DNA from: an uncultured Bacilli bacterium
GTDB lineage: Bacteria; Bacillota_I; Bacilli_A; RFN20; CAG-631
Direction: 5' to 3'
Assembly: GCA_947626825.1 (NCBI GenBank)
Contig: CANQTM010000006.1
Coordinates: 6,757-70,756 of the forward strand
DNA length: 64,000 nucleotides
Part shown: positions 38,965 through 50,370 of the stretch, piece after piece
Numbering within the stretch: position 1 is the stretch's first letter
Layout of the letters: each line of letters begins with the position of its first letter
Made by a program: the position numbers and the translations under genes
The notes under the pieces: generated by a model
The model's database searches: none
The model's input: only the letters and a program-made list of their open reading frames with translations
What the model was told of the DNA's origin: nothing

Positions 38965-40986
38965 ATGAATTATGTTGATTTAAATCTTTCTATAGATTTG
39001 GGTAGTGATTCATTGAAAATCGCTTATGCATATAAAATATATTCTCAAGTTTATTATGGAAAACTAACATTATCATCTGATTCAAAAAAAATAAATTCAA
39101 TAATACCCGCAATTGCTTTATATAATACTGCTTCTTCATCATGGATATTTGCAAATGATGCCGAAGAAAATAGTAGTAGCGATTTTTCTTTTATTGTTAA
39201 AATCAAAGATTTATTAGCATTATTACAATTTAATGAAGATACTAATATTTATTCTTCAAACATGAAATATTATAAATATGCAACTATTTTTCCAAAATTT
39301 TATTTTCCTAATCCACCAAAAATTAGTGAAAAAAATCTTTTGGATTTTTCATATAAAGAAAAAAATGATATGACTTTTGATGGCAAAATAACTCCTCAAA
39401 CTTTATGCGAAAATTTTTTCAAATATATTGCTCAAATTGTTTTAGAAAAAATTAATATTATGGGCCATGCTCAAGATATTGAATTTGATAATATAAAAAT
39501 TGTGCAGATATTCTCTCCTAATGATACTGAACCATACATTGAAGAAATAAGCAGATTAATAACTTTATCTTTTGGTAAAAGTCCATTAAAAAAACTTAAT
39601 TCAACTAGAGCATTATGTGTCCTTGCTGATTATCAAAAGAAATTACCAGATGGTGAAGATATATTAGTTTTTGATATGGGAGAAAAAAAGATATCATCAA
39701 GTACTACAAGAGCAGGTAGCAGTGGTTCAAAAAGAATCATTGTTGATGGTGTAGATGGTCACCATGAGCCATTACCAAATGGAGGTAGTGACTTTGATTT
39801 AATTGTTGCTCAAAAATTAATTGAAACTATAAATAATGTTGAAACAACAGGTTACCCATCAAGAGGAAAAGAAGGTTTTAAAAGCAATTCAGTTTTGCAT
39901 TCAAAAGAATATTTGCTTTTACAAAATATAAAAACTACAAAGATGATTTTTAGTATGGCCAAAGATGAATATAATTATTACAATACATTGCCAATATCAA
40001 TTGAAAGAGAAACACATATTCAAACTATGATTTCTTTAGATATGTTCCAATCATGGATAGGTATAAAAGGAAACAATGGTGTTGCAAGAAATATAGTTGA
40101 TTACATTTATGATGAATTGTCACGAAAAATTAATAAAAAGGTTAATACTGTTTTTCTAGCTGGTGGACTTATTGAAACAATTGGTTTGCTAGATTATATT
40201 AACACTCAAATAAATAAAAAAATGAATAGAAGAATTTCTTTTCGCACTTTTGATCTTAGTTTTTCACAAAATAATATAAACTATTATCCAATTGAAGAAT
40301 TTGAAGATTCAACATATTCTATTGCTTTAGGTGGAGCAATATTTTTACTTGAAAATTATAAAATTGATGTTTGTTTACCATTAACTTATGGAACATGGGC
40401 TGGTGGTAGTAGCGTTCCAAAACTTTTAAGAGTTTTTAAAGATGAAAATGGTAAAGAAATGTATAAAGGCGATATTATTCCACAAACAAATAAGTTATTG
40501 GAACTTGGTGTATTTGAATTTAATATAGATGCTCCTGAATGTATTGAAGGAGAAGAATTTTATTCTTTAAATATTACTGAAAAAGAATTGGCTAATAGAT
40601 TTGGAAGAAGCACAATGTATTTTAACAATCAATATTTGATTGTTGGTGAACCAAAAAGTAAAGAAAGAACAGCAGTTGAAGAATTTTTTGATATTAAAAC
40701 TGTATCAGGAAACACTAATGACATTAATAGAAGTTCAAAAATAGTTTATTTTTATAACAATAGGCAAATCAAATTTTTAGATGAACTAACTATATTTTTT
40801 GATGAAGGTGTTACTTTAGATAAAAATGGTAAAATGACACCATTTATTAGAAATAATAAATATAAAAATCAATTTAAATATGCAAGATGTATTTATGTAA
40901 ATTATAGCGGCAGTGCCTTTAATATTGAATTAAGTGAAGTGGAATTTCGTTTTGAAAATATGAATTCATTTGAAATAAAACGTTAA
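38965..40986 (+). CDS. Divergent Hsp70/actin-fold protein
   Basis: SIDLGSDS (phosphate-1), IPAIALY, ILVFDMGEKK (degenerate phosphate-2), GGSDFD, VFLAGG. Confidence 0.75.
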   Translation: MNYVDLNLSIDLGSDSLKIAYAYKIYSQVYYGKLTLSSDSKKINSIIPAIALYNTASSSWIFANDAEENSSSDFSFIVKIKDLLALLQFNEDTNIYSSNMKYYKYATIFPKFYFPNPPKISEKNLLDFSYKEKNDMTFDGKITPQTLCENFFKYIAQIVLEKINIMGHAQDIEFDNIKIVQIFSPNDTEPYIEEISRLITLSFGKSPLKKLNSTRALCVLADYQKKLPDGEDILVFDMGEKKISSSTTRAGSSGSKRIIVDGVDGHHEPLPNGGSDFDLIVAQKLIETINNVETTGYPSRGKEGFKSNSVLHSKEYLLLQNIKTTKMIFSMAKDEYNYYNTLPISIERETHIQTMISLDMFQSWIGIKGNNGVARNIVDYIYDELSRKINKKVNTVFLAGGLIETIGLLDYINTQINKKMNRRISFRTFDLSFSQNNINYYPIEEFEDSTYSIALGGAIFLLENYKIDVCLPLTYGTWAGGSSVPKLLRVFKDENGKEMYKGDIIPQTNKLLELGVFEFNIDAPECIEGEEFYSLNITEKELANRFGRSTMYFNNQYLIVGEPKSKERTAVEEFFDIKTVSGNTNDINRSSKIVYFYNNRQIKFLDELTIFFDEGVTLDKNGKMTPFIRNNKYKNQFKYARCIYVNYSGSAFNIELSEVEFRFENMNSFEIKR

Positions 40987-41022
40987 AAAAATGTAATTTA
41001 TTAGGAAGGATGAAATATATTT

Positions 41023-43998
41023 ATGAGTGGTAAAAAAGTTAATATTAAATTTGAAGAAAACTCATTTTCTTTAGAAGCAGAAAGACAAAATATTTCTAAT
41101 GTTAAAATTCCATATAACAATGATATTAAATCAATGGAAAAAGAAATGGAAACATTAGATAGTTTTGATGATTTTGAAAATTTAATAATTGATTCTAGTG
41201 AATATGAACAAAAGCCTAATTCAAAATATGGTATCAAATATAATCACGAAATGCATGGTGGTGATGAATTTGAACATAATGTTTTAAGAGAACATGAATT
41301 AAAAGCTGCAAAACAATTTTTAAGAGATTTAAGAGGCTTTGGCTTGCTTTCTGATATTGTTGGTAGCGGAAAAACTTATGAAGCTTGTATTGTATTAAGT
41401 GAATTGGCTGCAAGAAATAAATTAAAATCACTTTTATTAATCGTTCCTTCTCAATTAATTAATTCATGGAAATATGTTTTAGAAAAAGATTTTGGACTAG
41501 GTGAAGATGTTTTATATATTTGTTCTAAAGCCGATTCATCTTTACAATCTGTTATACATGAATGTGGAACAACAAAAATAGATAATGTAATTATTCCTAA
41601 AAGGCCCATTTTAACTACTCCAGAAGTTTTTTCAAAATGGAATTTAAGTGGAAATGAAAAATTGTTTTTTAATGCTGTTGTTGTTGATGAGGCTCACCAT
41701 TTATGTGATGAAGAAGATAAATATTCTGAAACATTAAAATTGTTGTCAGAATTAGTAAAATCTAAAGATCGTGAAAACCATACATATTGTTTATTGCTTT
41801 CAGCAACACCTCATTCTGGCAATTTAAAAAAGATGTTTAGATTATGGTATTTTATCACTCAAAATGGTGGTAATCCAAACGATTTTAATAAAAATACAAC
41901 AATTCACTCATCTGATTATGAAAAATCAAAAAGAGATTATGAAGAAATAGTATGTCATGGTGCTACTACTATTATGCAATTTAAAGATCGAGTTCAATTG
42001 ATAAGAGTCAAAAATAAATATAAAGAAGAATTTGAAAGATTTCTTTCAACTAAACAAGAATATTATTCATCTATTCCATCAACTTTAAGAAATATGAATA
42101 ATGATGAAAAAAATGAAATTGAAAAAATTTATGTTCAAGAATTTTTAGATAACAACGAAAAAATTAAAGACGAAGTTACTAAATATGTTGCAAGTGCTTA
42201 TCATAATGCATTGTTAAGGAAAATTATGATTAGAAATCCTCATAATTCTATAAGCCTTTTACACAAAAAGAACATTGTTAACTATTTTTTATTACCAACA
42301 AAACAAAAAATAGAAACTAAAGAAATCAATGGATTAGATTTAGATAGTAACAATAAAATTGTTATTAACTTCAATAAAATAGATACGTCTGAAGCAATAT
42401 ATAATCCAACACAAAATAGACATTATAGTATTTATGAATATATGACAACATGTCATCATGAACAAAGATATAGTTATAGCGAAGATTATTGTAAGATATT
42501 TTTTGATTCAATATTTGACAATAGTTTTTTGTCTGATGAAATTAATACAAATAACTTATTTACAAAAAAGGGTTCTCGAAAATATTATATTGAAAGATTT
42601 ATGAAATCATCTTTTAATACAGAAGGCATTAAAAATTATATTGTTCCAGTATTTACAGATATAAGCGTTTTTGAATATAAAGTTTCAAAAATAAAAGAAA
42701 TTTGCCAAAAACATGAAAATGATAGAGTTATCATTTTCTTAGATTATGATGAAGCAAAAAGAGATTTTAGTATTATTAATGAAACTGAAAAAGCATTAAA
42801 GAAAGATACTAAAATTAACAAACGTTTAATAATTGGCAATAATGTTGATAAAGATAAGGTTATTGAAAAATTTACAAATACAAGTAATGCCGTATTGCTA
42901 GTTGAAGATGAAAGTTATACAGAAGGTGCTAATTTACAAAAATGTAATATTATCATTAATTTCCAAGTAACTCCAAATCCATTAGCTATGGATCAATGTA
43001 TTGGTAGAATTTTTAGAATGGGACAAGAAAATGATGTCACAATATATTCTTTAGCTGACATGACAAAATTAGAAGGATACATTCTAGCTTATTATACAGA
43101 TATACAATTATTATCAAGTAGAGGTGATGATATCACAATTATTGCTGGCAGTAATAATGATGATAGAATTGCCATTAGATGTCCATCATGTGGTAGAGTA
43201 AAATTATTTGATAAACTATATTATAGAAAACTCAAAGAAAGCAACAATCGTTTAGAATTGATGTGTAGTGGTAGTCAATTAAGACCACATGATTCAATAG
43301 AAATGACAGAAATGGGAATTTATAATTTCGAATGTGGCAATAAAAAAGAAAATAAAAATCAATTTTATGTAGAAAAATGTATGAGTTGTCGTGGAAAAAT
43401 TGAATTGTCAGAAGAAGAACAACAATATGTGTGCTTAGCTTCTAATAGATCAAATGGTGGTATTTATGCAAGAAGTCTAAATTCAAAAGATCACTATTGT
43501 CAAAAAATATGTGTTTTAAGACATTGTAATACATTTTTAGAACATATTAACGCAAAAGGTGGATGCCCAATACTTGAAACAAATAATTTAAGCGAATCAG
43601 AATTAATTAAAACATGTGTAAAATGTAACAAATGTACCGACGAATTAGCAAAATGTAGATATAGTTTAAGTAATGGGCAAGGTAAAGATGCCATTGCACA
43701 ATGTTTGAAATGTAGCCTTGGTTTTTACAATGATTTTTCTTGTGGTTTAGGTGCTCATGTTGTGGCTTTTGAAGAAAATGTAGAAACAGGAGAATGGGAA
43801 GCAAATTGTCCATTTAGTTCAAAATGCAAAAAATGTATTAAAGAAGTTAAAAGTTCAACATTTGCAAGTTATATAAGAAATTCTTGGGATTTCAGATTAG
43901 ATAATGGCGATTCATTTTGTACTTCTTTAGGAAAAGAAGCAAATAGTGTTTCACAAATCAAAGCAATTCTTTCACAAGATGAAATGGAAGAAAAATAA
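41023..43998 (+). CDS. SF2 SNF2/RapA-like helicase with Cys-rich C-terminal zinc-binding region
   Basis: LLSDIVGSGKT, VVVDEAHH, LLSATP, EGANLQ, QCIGRIFRMGQ; many CxxC pairs in the last ~280 aa. Confidence 0.9.
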   Translation: MSGKKVNIKFEENSFSLEAERQNISNVKIPYNNDIKSMEKEMETLDSFDDFENLIIDSSEYEQKPNSKYGIKYNHEMHGGDEFEHNVLREHELKAAKQFLRDLRGFGLLSDIVGSGKTYEACIVLSELAARNKLKSLLLIVPSQLINSWKYVLEKDFGLGEDVLYICSKADSSLQSVIHECGTTKIDNVIIPKRPILTTPEVFSKWNLSGNEKLFFNAVVVDEAHHLCDEEDKYSETLKLLSELVKSKDRENHTYCLLLSATPHSGNLKKMFRLWYFITQNGGNPNDFNKNTTIHSSDYEKSKRDYEEIVCHGATTIMQFKDRVQLIRVKNKYKEEFERFLSTKQEYYSSIPSTLRNMNNDEKNEIEKIYVQEFLDNNEKIKDEVTKYVASAYHNALLRKIMIRNPHNSISLLHKKNIVNYFLLPTKQKIETKEINGLDLDSNNKIVINFNKIDTSEAIYNPTQNRHYSIYEYMTTCHHEQRYSYSEDYCKIFFDSIFDNSFLSDEINTNNLFTKKGSRKYYIERFMKSSFNTEGIKNYIVPVFTDISVFEYKVSKIKEICQKHENDRVIIFLDYDEAKRDFSIINETEKALKKDTKINKRLIIGNNVDKDKVIEKFTNTSNAVLLVEDESYTEGANLQKCNIIINFQVTPNPLAMDQCIGRIFRMGQENDVTIYSLADMTKLEGYILAYYTDIQLLSSRGDDITIIAGSNNDDRIAIRCPSCGRVKLFDKLYYRKLKESNNRLELMCSGSQLRPHDSIEMTEMGIYNFECGNKKENKNQFYVEKCMSCRGKIELSEEEQQYVCLASNRSNGGIYARSLNSKDHYCQKICVLRHCNTFLEHINAKGGCPILETNNLSESELIKTCVKCNKCTDELAKCRYSLSNGQGKDAIAQCLKCSLGFYNDFSCGLGAHVVAFEENVETGEWEANCPFSSKCKKCIKEVKSSTFASYIRNSWDFRLDNGDSFCTSLGKEANSVSQIKAILSQDEMEEK

Positions 43999-44018
43999 TA
44001 AGGAAGGGGAGAACTTAT

Positions 44019-45701
44019 ATGAATAGATATTCAATTGGCCAAAATTACGAAAAAACATTCAAGGCAGTTTGTTCGATAATTGAAAATGGTGAACAATCTT
44101 TTATACAAAATTTAGGCCTTTCTTATGATAGAGAAAGAAACATTATAAGATACAATGAAAATGAATTTGTTTATGAAATGAATTCACATAATGAAGTTAA
44201 TTATCAAACGTTGAATTTAAATGAAACTGATGATGGTGCTTCATGGTTTAATTTTCTTCGTAATCCAGACAATGCTTCAACAAATGATTCTCAAGTAAAA
44301 TGGAAAAATTTACTTGAATTAATTGCTCGCAATTATCATAAAAAATATTCATTTACTGAATATGTTCAAGATGATAATTCATTAAATATTTCAGATGAAT
44401 TGAAAGCCAACTATGAACAAAAAACAAATGAAATTATTTCTAAATTTTTTGATAATATTGCAAGTCCTGAAATAAAAATAATTGAAAAACTAGATGAAAT
44501 AAAACCTATAGACATTTATGGTGTTTCATTAAAATTAAGCATTAGTTCAGGTGGCGAATCAAAAACATTATTAGGTAAAATTTATTTCACTAAATTAGAT
44601 GAAAATAATCTTCAACTAATGTCTTCAGAATATGGCAAAAGTATAGAAAGTAATCTTGAAATTAATAATCAAGAAAATGATAATAATATTGATTATGAAG
44701 ATGTTAATAAGGATGAAATAGATACAGAAATTAGAAAGGTATTAATAGCAACTGAAAGTCAATTTATTAATATGTCAGAAACTAATGATTTAATGAAAAT
44801 TATGACTATTAATGAAGAAGGACAAGATGTATTAAATGATTTAGTTCGTGATGATAATTTTGATGTTTTAAATATTTCATGTGACAAAATCACAGTTTTA
44901 GGAATTTTCCATGTTTCTTGGAGAAACTGTACAATCAAAGTTAGTTCAAAAGGCTATGACTTATTAGAATTTTCATTTGATTTAAATAATACAGTAACAA
45001 TTAAATGTAAAAATTGTAATGAATGTTTAGTTTCTAATAACATTATTATGGGAACATCATTAGATATAAATAAAGTTGCTTCTAAAGAAGATGTGAGAGG
45101 AACATGTCTTGATAATAAACATTTTATAAAAACTGAATGTAATTCAGCTTGTAGTGAAGTTTGTTTCAAAAAATTTAAATGTTATTGTGATGTTGAACAA
45201 GTTGAATATTGTAATTTAAGAACACGTGAAGATTTATCAACATTAAGATGTAAAAATTGTCACATTCCTGAATCAGTATATGTTTCTTTAAAACGTGAAC
45301 ATAATATTCCAAATGGTTTATATTTTGATAGAAACGAAAATTCCTTAGAAGTTTATAAAATTCAAGATATAGGAAAATGTGCATGTTGTGGCACTTTGTT
45401 TAATAAAAATAAAGAAGATGGTAATCATACATATTGTAAATTATGTTCTTCTATTTTTAATAAAAGTCTTGATGATCAAGATGAAAATAAAATATGTAAA
45501 TCTAATTATAAAATGATTAGACAAATTTTACCATTACATACGAGATTTTTGAATCTATTTAAAAAGAAATATGCAATTATGATTCCAAATGATACAAGAA
45601 TTTTACTTTGTTTGGGCAAACAAAAATATCTATATGATTTATTAGATTTAAATACCAATGGACATTATTTGCCAAAACCAAAAAAATTAAAAATTAGATA
45701 A
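44019..45701 (+). CDS. Hypothetical protein with Cys-rich (multi-CxxC) C-terminal half
   Basis: CKNC, CNSAC..VC, CYC, CKNC, CACC, CKLC; GGGGAG RBS; follows the SNF2 helicase. Confidence 0.75.
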   Translation: MNRYSIGQNYEKTFKAVCSIIENGEQSFIQNLGLSYDRERNIIRYNENEFVYEMNSHNEVNYQTLNLNETDDGASWFNFLRNPDNASTNDSQVKWKNLLELIARNYHKKYSFTEYVQDDNSLNISDELKANYEQKTNEIISKFFDNIASPEIKIIEKLDEIKPIDIYGVSLKLSISSGGESKTLLGKIYFTKLDENNLQLMSSEYGKSIESNLEINNQENDNNIDYEDVNKDEIDTEIRKVLIATESQFINMSETNDLMKIMTINEEGQDVLNDLVRDDNFDVLNISCDKITVLGIFHVSWRNCTIKVSSKGYDLLEFSFDLNNTVTIKCKNCNECLVSNNIIMGTSLDINKVASKEDVRGTCLDNKHFIKTECNSACSEVCFKKFKCYCDVEQVEYCNLRTREDLSTLRCKNCHIPESVYVSLKREHNIPNGLYFDRNENSLEVYKIQDIGKCACCGTLFNKNKEDGNHTYCKLCSSIFNKSLDDQDENKICKSNYKMIRQILPLHTRFLNLFKKKYAIMIPNDTRILLCLGKQKYLYDLLDLNTNGHYLPKPKKLKIR

Positions 45702-45720
45702 TTAATGGGGGTATAGTAAT

Positions 45721-48700
45721 ATGAATAATCAAACATTCAATAAAATTAGCAATACCATATTACCAAAAGAGATGAAAAGTCTAAAAATATTTTTATGGCT
45801 AGGCATTATTTTATCTATAATTATTGATTCATGGTCACTTGCTTTTATTATTCAAGATGGATATAGTTCTATATATTATATTTATCCAATTGTTTTAATT
45901 GTTTTTGATGTTTTGTTTCTTATTTATTCTTTATTTGCAAATCAAAGATTTAAATATTCTTTATTTACTTTAATTTTTTATTTTCTATTTATAATTGTTA
46001 GCAGTTTGGCCTTATTAGTCTTTTATATAACATATCAAGAAAAGGTAATTGTAACTTTAATTGCTATGATTATATGGACAGCTATTCACTTATTTATCGG
46101 TATAAATACACTTATAACTTATATTTTTGCTTCATCACGTATTAAGAAAAAACAAATTATTATTTCAACATTATTTTTAATTTTTATGGGTTTATTTACT
46201 GGTGGCTTTGGTTATTACACTCAACAAAATGGCGTTTTTGGCCAAGGAAGAGTCGAAGTGGCTAAAACATTAGAATATAGCTATAATAATGACTTAAATG
46301 GTTATGAAGTTGTAAATACAATGAGTTCAAAAGGCAATACAATTATTGTTCCTGAAAAATTTAATAACATAAATGTTGTGGCTGTTGATAGTACAATTTT
46401 TACAGATAAAACTGTTAAATATGTAAGATTTGAAAAAACAGATAATGAAATAACATTTATTAATAGCGATATTGATAATGGACAAATTAATAATGATATT
46501 TCTATTTATGCAGAAGAAGAAAATTATATTCAAATAAAAAAAGCATTTGATGATTTGACATTAAATAATGACGCTTTTTTACAAATAAATAATAATTTTT
46601 ATCCAGAAATAGCTGATGATGAAGTTATGGTTTCATTTAGTTATGATGAACAAAGTTTTAATGATGCAAATCAAAGTTTACTTGGTGTATGGATTGGTAA
46701 AAAAGGTACTACATTTAATATTGAAAATGCTACAATTGTTCCAGAATATGCTAAACATATTGTTCATACAAATAAAAATGATTTAACTTGGAATTATAAT
46801 AACAATAATAAAAAAATATTATCTAATTTAGATTTAAATAAGAAAAGTATAACTAAAAATTATATTGGAAAAGACAGCATTCAAATAAAATTTGATGATA
46901 TTTATTCTATTAAAATTAATTCTGATAATGATGAAAAATATGAATTATCAGATAATGATCGTTTTACAAATAAAACTTTAAATTTAAAGTTAGCTACAGA
47001 AGAAAATATTAATAATTTATTTAATGTTTCTCAAAGAGATGGATTTGATTTAGAATGGTTTTCAAATTCAAATTATGATGTAGCAAGTAAAATTAATAAT
47101 TACACTGATTTTGTTTTAAAATCAAAATATGATATTGATGTGTATCCAAAATGGACATTACATACTCCAAAAATAAATAATATTACTACAAATTTATCAG
47201 CAGATAATGAAGTAATTTATGGTAATCAACTTATTTTAAAAAGTCAAATTCCTGATAAAATTGCAACTGGAATCAATTATAGATATACATGGATGCATAA
47301 TAATAATCAATATTCACCAACAAATGTTAATGATACAGTTAATTATCAAATTAATAGTGTTGTTTTAGAAGATGCTGGAAATTATATTTTGCAAATTGAG
47401 GCTTATTCAAATAACATTACATCATTAGTTTCATCATCATCAACACAAATAAATATTCAAGTTGCTAAAAGAAAATTGGATTTTTCTTGGAGTATTCCAA
47501 GTGAATTGATTTATAATGGTGAAAATCAATTTGATAAAATAAAGTGTACATATAATACAAATGATGTTGTTCATAATGATCAAATTACATTTTCATATAC
47601 TTCACAAACATTTATTAATCATGGAGATTATACATTAAATATATATTTAACTGGAGATACTTATAATAAATATTACATTGCTAGTGGCAAAGAAAAAACT
47701 AATTTTGAAATAAAACAAAGAGCCATTTCATTAATTTGGGATAGCAATACAACTTTTACTTATGATGGAGATTTTAAAGATGTTAAAGTAATCAATATAA
47801 CAGGACATGTTTTATCTGAAAGAGATGCTATTCTTTCAAGTATTATCTATTCTGGCAAACAAATAGATGCTGGTCATCATGAAATGACAGCCACTGTTCC
47901 AAGCGATTCAAATTATGTAGTAACTGCAAATAATTCATGTAATTTCGAAATTTCTAAAAGAGATTTATTAATTACTTTTAAACCTACTACAAAAACATAT
48001 GATGGTATTATTCCTCAATCATTTGATTACAATGTTCAAGAAAATGATATTGCTCCAACAGATACATTAAATAATATTTTAACATTACGTTACACAGGAG
48101 ATGCTGTTAAAAATGTTGATGTTGGAGTTTATGATTATGGAGCAGGATATGTTGCAAATTCTCTTGCAAAAAATTATAACATTACAATAATTGATAATAA
48201 ATTAACTATTATTCAACGTGATTTGAATATTACTTTTAATGAAAAAAATAAAACATATGATGGTAAAGCTTTAGATAAAAAAGATTTTACATATCGAATT
48301 GATAGTTTAGCCTCAAAAGATTCATTAGAACAAGTTATTACATTAAATATAAATGATGAATGTTTACAAGCAATCGATGCTGATACATATACTATTGATG
48401 CTACATATGAAGCAAAAGAATTAGCTAAAAATTATAATATTTCTATTGTTTCAAATAAATTAAATATTACTAAAAGAAATTTAAATATTACATTTAATAG
48501 CCAAAACAAAACATATGATGGCAAAATTTTTGATAATGAATTTACATATAATATTAATAGTTTAGCTTCAACAGATTCTTTAGAAAATGTTTTAACTTTA
48601 ACTTTAACTGGAACTGCTTTAACAGCTATTGATTCTGGAAAATATGAAATTAATGCTACATATGAAGAAAATGAATTAGCTAAGAATTATAATATTACAG

Positions 48701-50370
48701 TAATTCGTAATGAATTAACAATTAATAAAAGAAATCTAACAATTACACTTGATAGCCAAGAAAAAGTTTATGATGGCAAAGTATTTGATGGTGAATTTAC
48801 ATATAATTATGATAATTTAGCTGATACTGATAATTTAAATGAAGTATTATCTTTAGATTTTTCTAAAGCTAAAGAAATCATAAATTCTGGAGAACATTTA
48901 ATTAATCCAGAATGCAATGGTAATAGCAAATATGATAATTATAATGTAAATATTGTTGATAATTATTTAACTATAAATCTAAGAACTTTAACAATTAACT
49001 TAAATAATCAAGAAAAGATTTATGATGGTAAATTGTTTACAGAAGATAATGAATTTGATTATGAAGTAGTTAATTTGGCATCTACTGATAGATTAGAAGA
49101 AGTTTTAGAATTAACAATTCAAGGAAATGCTATAACTGCCATAAATCAAGGATCATATGAAATCGATGCACAATATGTACCAAAAAATAAAAGTAACAAT
49201 TATGATATTACTATAAATGGAGCAACTTATACTATTAAAAAGCGTCAAATTACGGCTAAATGGGACGATACTAATTCATTTATATATAATGGTACAATTC
49301 CTTCATATAAAATTGCTACATTAAATGGCGTGGTTGCTGGTGAAGAAAGTAACACACTTAATTCCATTCAATATAATATTTCAGATGGTAATGATGGAAA
49401 ATATGTTGGTGAACATATTGTTATTGCTTCATTACGTGCAGATAGCAATTATGAATTTGAAAATTCACAAGTACAAACACAATCAACATATTATGTTACA
49501 AAATGTGAATTACAAATTACATTTGAAATGCAAAATAAAACATATGATGGACAAATGATGAAAGAAAATGAATTTACTTATGAAGTTAATGGTTTAGCAA
49601 GAACTGATCAATTGAATCAAGTTTTAACATTAACTGTTACAGGATCTGCTTTAACTGCAATAAATAAAGGACAATATTCAATTAATGCTACATATAGAGA
49701 AAATACACTTGCCAAAAATTATAATATTAAAATTATCGGTAATACTTTAACAATTAATCCAAAAGAAATTAATTTAGTTTGGTCCCTTCCAGAATCAAAT
49801 TATATTTATAATGGCGAAAATCAATACCCTACAGTTACAAGAATTGTTAACGCTGTTGTAGGAGAAGAAGAAGATATTAAATCCGCCCTTGTATATCAAA
49901 ATTATGGAAAAGATGCTGGAGAATATGATGTTAGTGTTACATTAAATAATAATAATTATGTCATTATTTCAAATAATGACACATGCCATTATACAATTGT
50001 TAAAAGAGATTTAACTATAACATTTAGAGACCAAGAAAAAGTATATGATGGTAATAAATTTGATGAAGAAGAATTTACTTATGATGTTGTTGGTTTGGCC
50101 TCAACAGATCAATTAGATGAAATTTTAACATTAACACTTTCAGGAACAGCAATTGATGCAACAAGCGAAGGTAATGATTATATAATTAATGCTACTTATG
50201 AATTAACTTCTAAAGGTGAAAAAAATTATAATGTTACAATTGTTGCAGGTAAATTAATCATTAAAAGTAGTGATGAAGATTCTGATGAACCTGTTGAAAG
50301 TGAAATGTTAGATGAAATTAAATTATCAGATTTATTTGTAAATAAGGATGTGATTAAATTATGGGAATAA
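45721..50370 (+). CDS. Membrane-anchored surface protein: five N-terminal TM helices, Ig-like domain and tandem MBG-type repeats
   Basis: Five hydrophobic segments with RIKKK before the fifth; repeated KRxLxITFxxxxKxYDG...LASTDxLxxVL...NYNI units of about 85 aa. Confidence 0.85.
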   Translation: MNNQTFNKISNTILPKEMKSLKIFLWLGIILSIIIDSWSLAFIIQDGYSSIYYIYPIVLIVFDVLFLIYSLFANQRFKYSLFTLIFYFLFIIVSSLALLVFYITYQEKVIVTLIAMIIWTAIHLFIGINTLITYIFASSRIKKKQIIISTLFLIFMGLFTGGFGYYTQQNGVFGQGRVEVAKTLEYSYNNDLNGYEVVNTMSSKGNTIIVPEKFNNINVVAVDSTIFTDKTVKYVRFEKTDNEITFINSDIDNGQINNDISIYAEEENYIQIKKAFDDLTLNNDAFLQINNNFYPEIADDEVMVSFSYDEQSFNDANQSLLGVWIGKKGTTFNIENATIVPEYAKHIVHTNKNDLTWNYNNNNKKILSNLDLNKKSITKNYIGKDSIQIKFDDIYSIKINSDNDEKYELSDNDRFTNKTLNLKLATEENINNLFNVSQRDGFDLEWFSNSNYDVASKINNYTDFVLKSKYDIDVYPKWTLHTPKINNITTNLSADNEVIYGNQLILKSQIPDKIATGINYRYTWMHNNNQYSPTNVNDTVNYQINSVVLEDAGNYILQIEAYSNNITSLVSSSSTQINIQVAKRKLDFSWSIPSELIYNGENQFDKIKCTYNTNDVVHNDQITFSYTSQTFINHGDYTLNIYLTGDTYNKYYIASGKEKTNFEIKQRAISLIWDSNTTFTYDGDFKDVKVINITGHVLSERDAILSSIIYSGKQIDAGHHEMTATVPSDSNYVVTANNSCNFEISKRDLLITFKPTTKTYDGIIPQSFDYNVQENDIAPTDTLNNILTLRYTGDAVKNVDVGVYDYGAGYVANSLAKNYNITIIDNKLTIIQRDLNITFNEKNKTYDGKALDKKDFTYRIDSLASKDSLEQVITLNINDECLQAIDADTYTIDATYEAKELAKNYNISIVSNKLNITKRNLNITFNSQNKTYDGKIFDNEFTYNINSLASTDSLENVLTLTLTGTALTAIDSGKYEINATYEENELAKNYNITVIRNELTINKRNLTITLDSQEKVYDGKVFDGEFTYNYDNLADTDNLNEVLSLDFSKAKEIINSGEHLINPECNGNSKYDNYNVNIVDNYLTINLRTLTINLNNQEKIYDGKLFTEDNEFDYEVVNLASTDRLEEVLELTIQGNAITAINQGSYEIDAQYVPKNKSNNYDITINGATYTIKKRQITAKWDDTNSFIYNGTIPSYKIATLNGVVAGEESNTLNSIQYNISDGNDGKYVGEHIVIASLRADSNYEFENSQVQTQSTYYVTKCELQITFEMQNKTYDGQMMKENEFTYEVNGLARTDQLNQVLTLTVTGSALTAINKGQYSINATYRENTLAKNYNIKIIGNTLTINPKEINLVWSLPESNYIYNGENQYPTVTRIVNAVVGEEEDIKSALVYQNYGKDAGEYDVSVTLNNNNYVIISNNDTCHYTIVKRDLTITFRDQEKVYDGNKFDEEEFTYDVVGLASTDQLDEILTLTLSGTAIDATSEGNDYIINATYELTSKGEKNYNVTIVAGKLIIKSSDEDSDEPVESEMLDEIKLSDLFVNKDVIKLWE

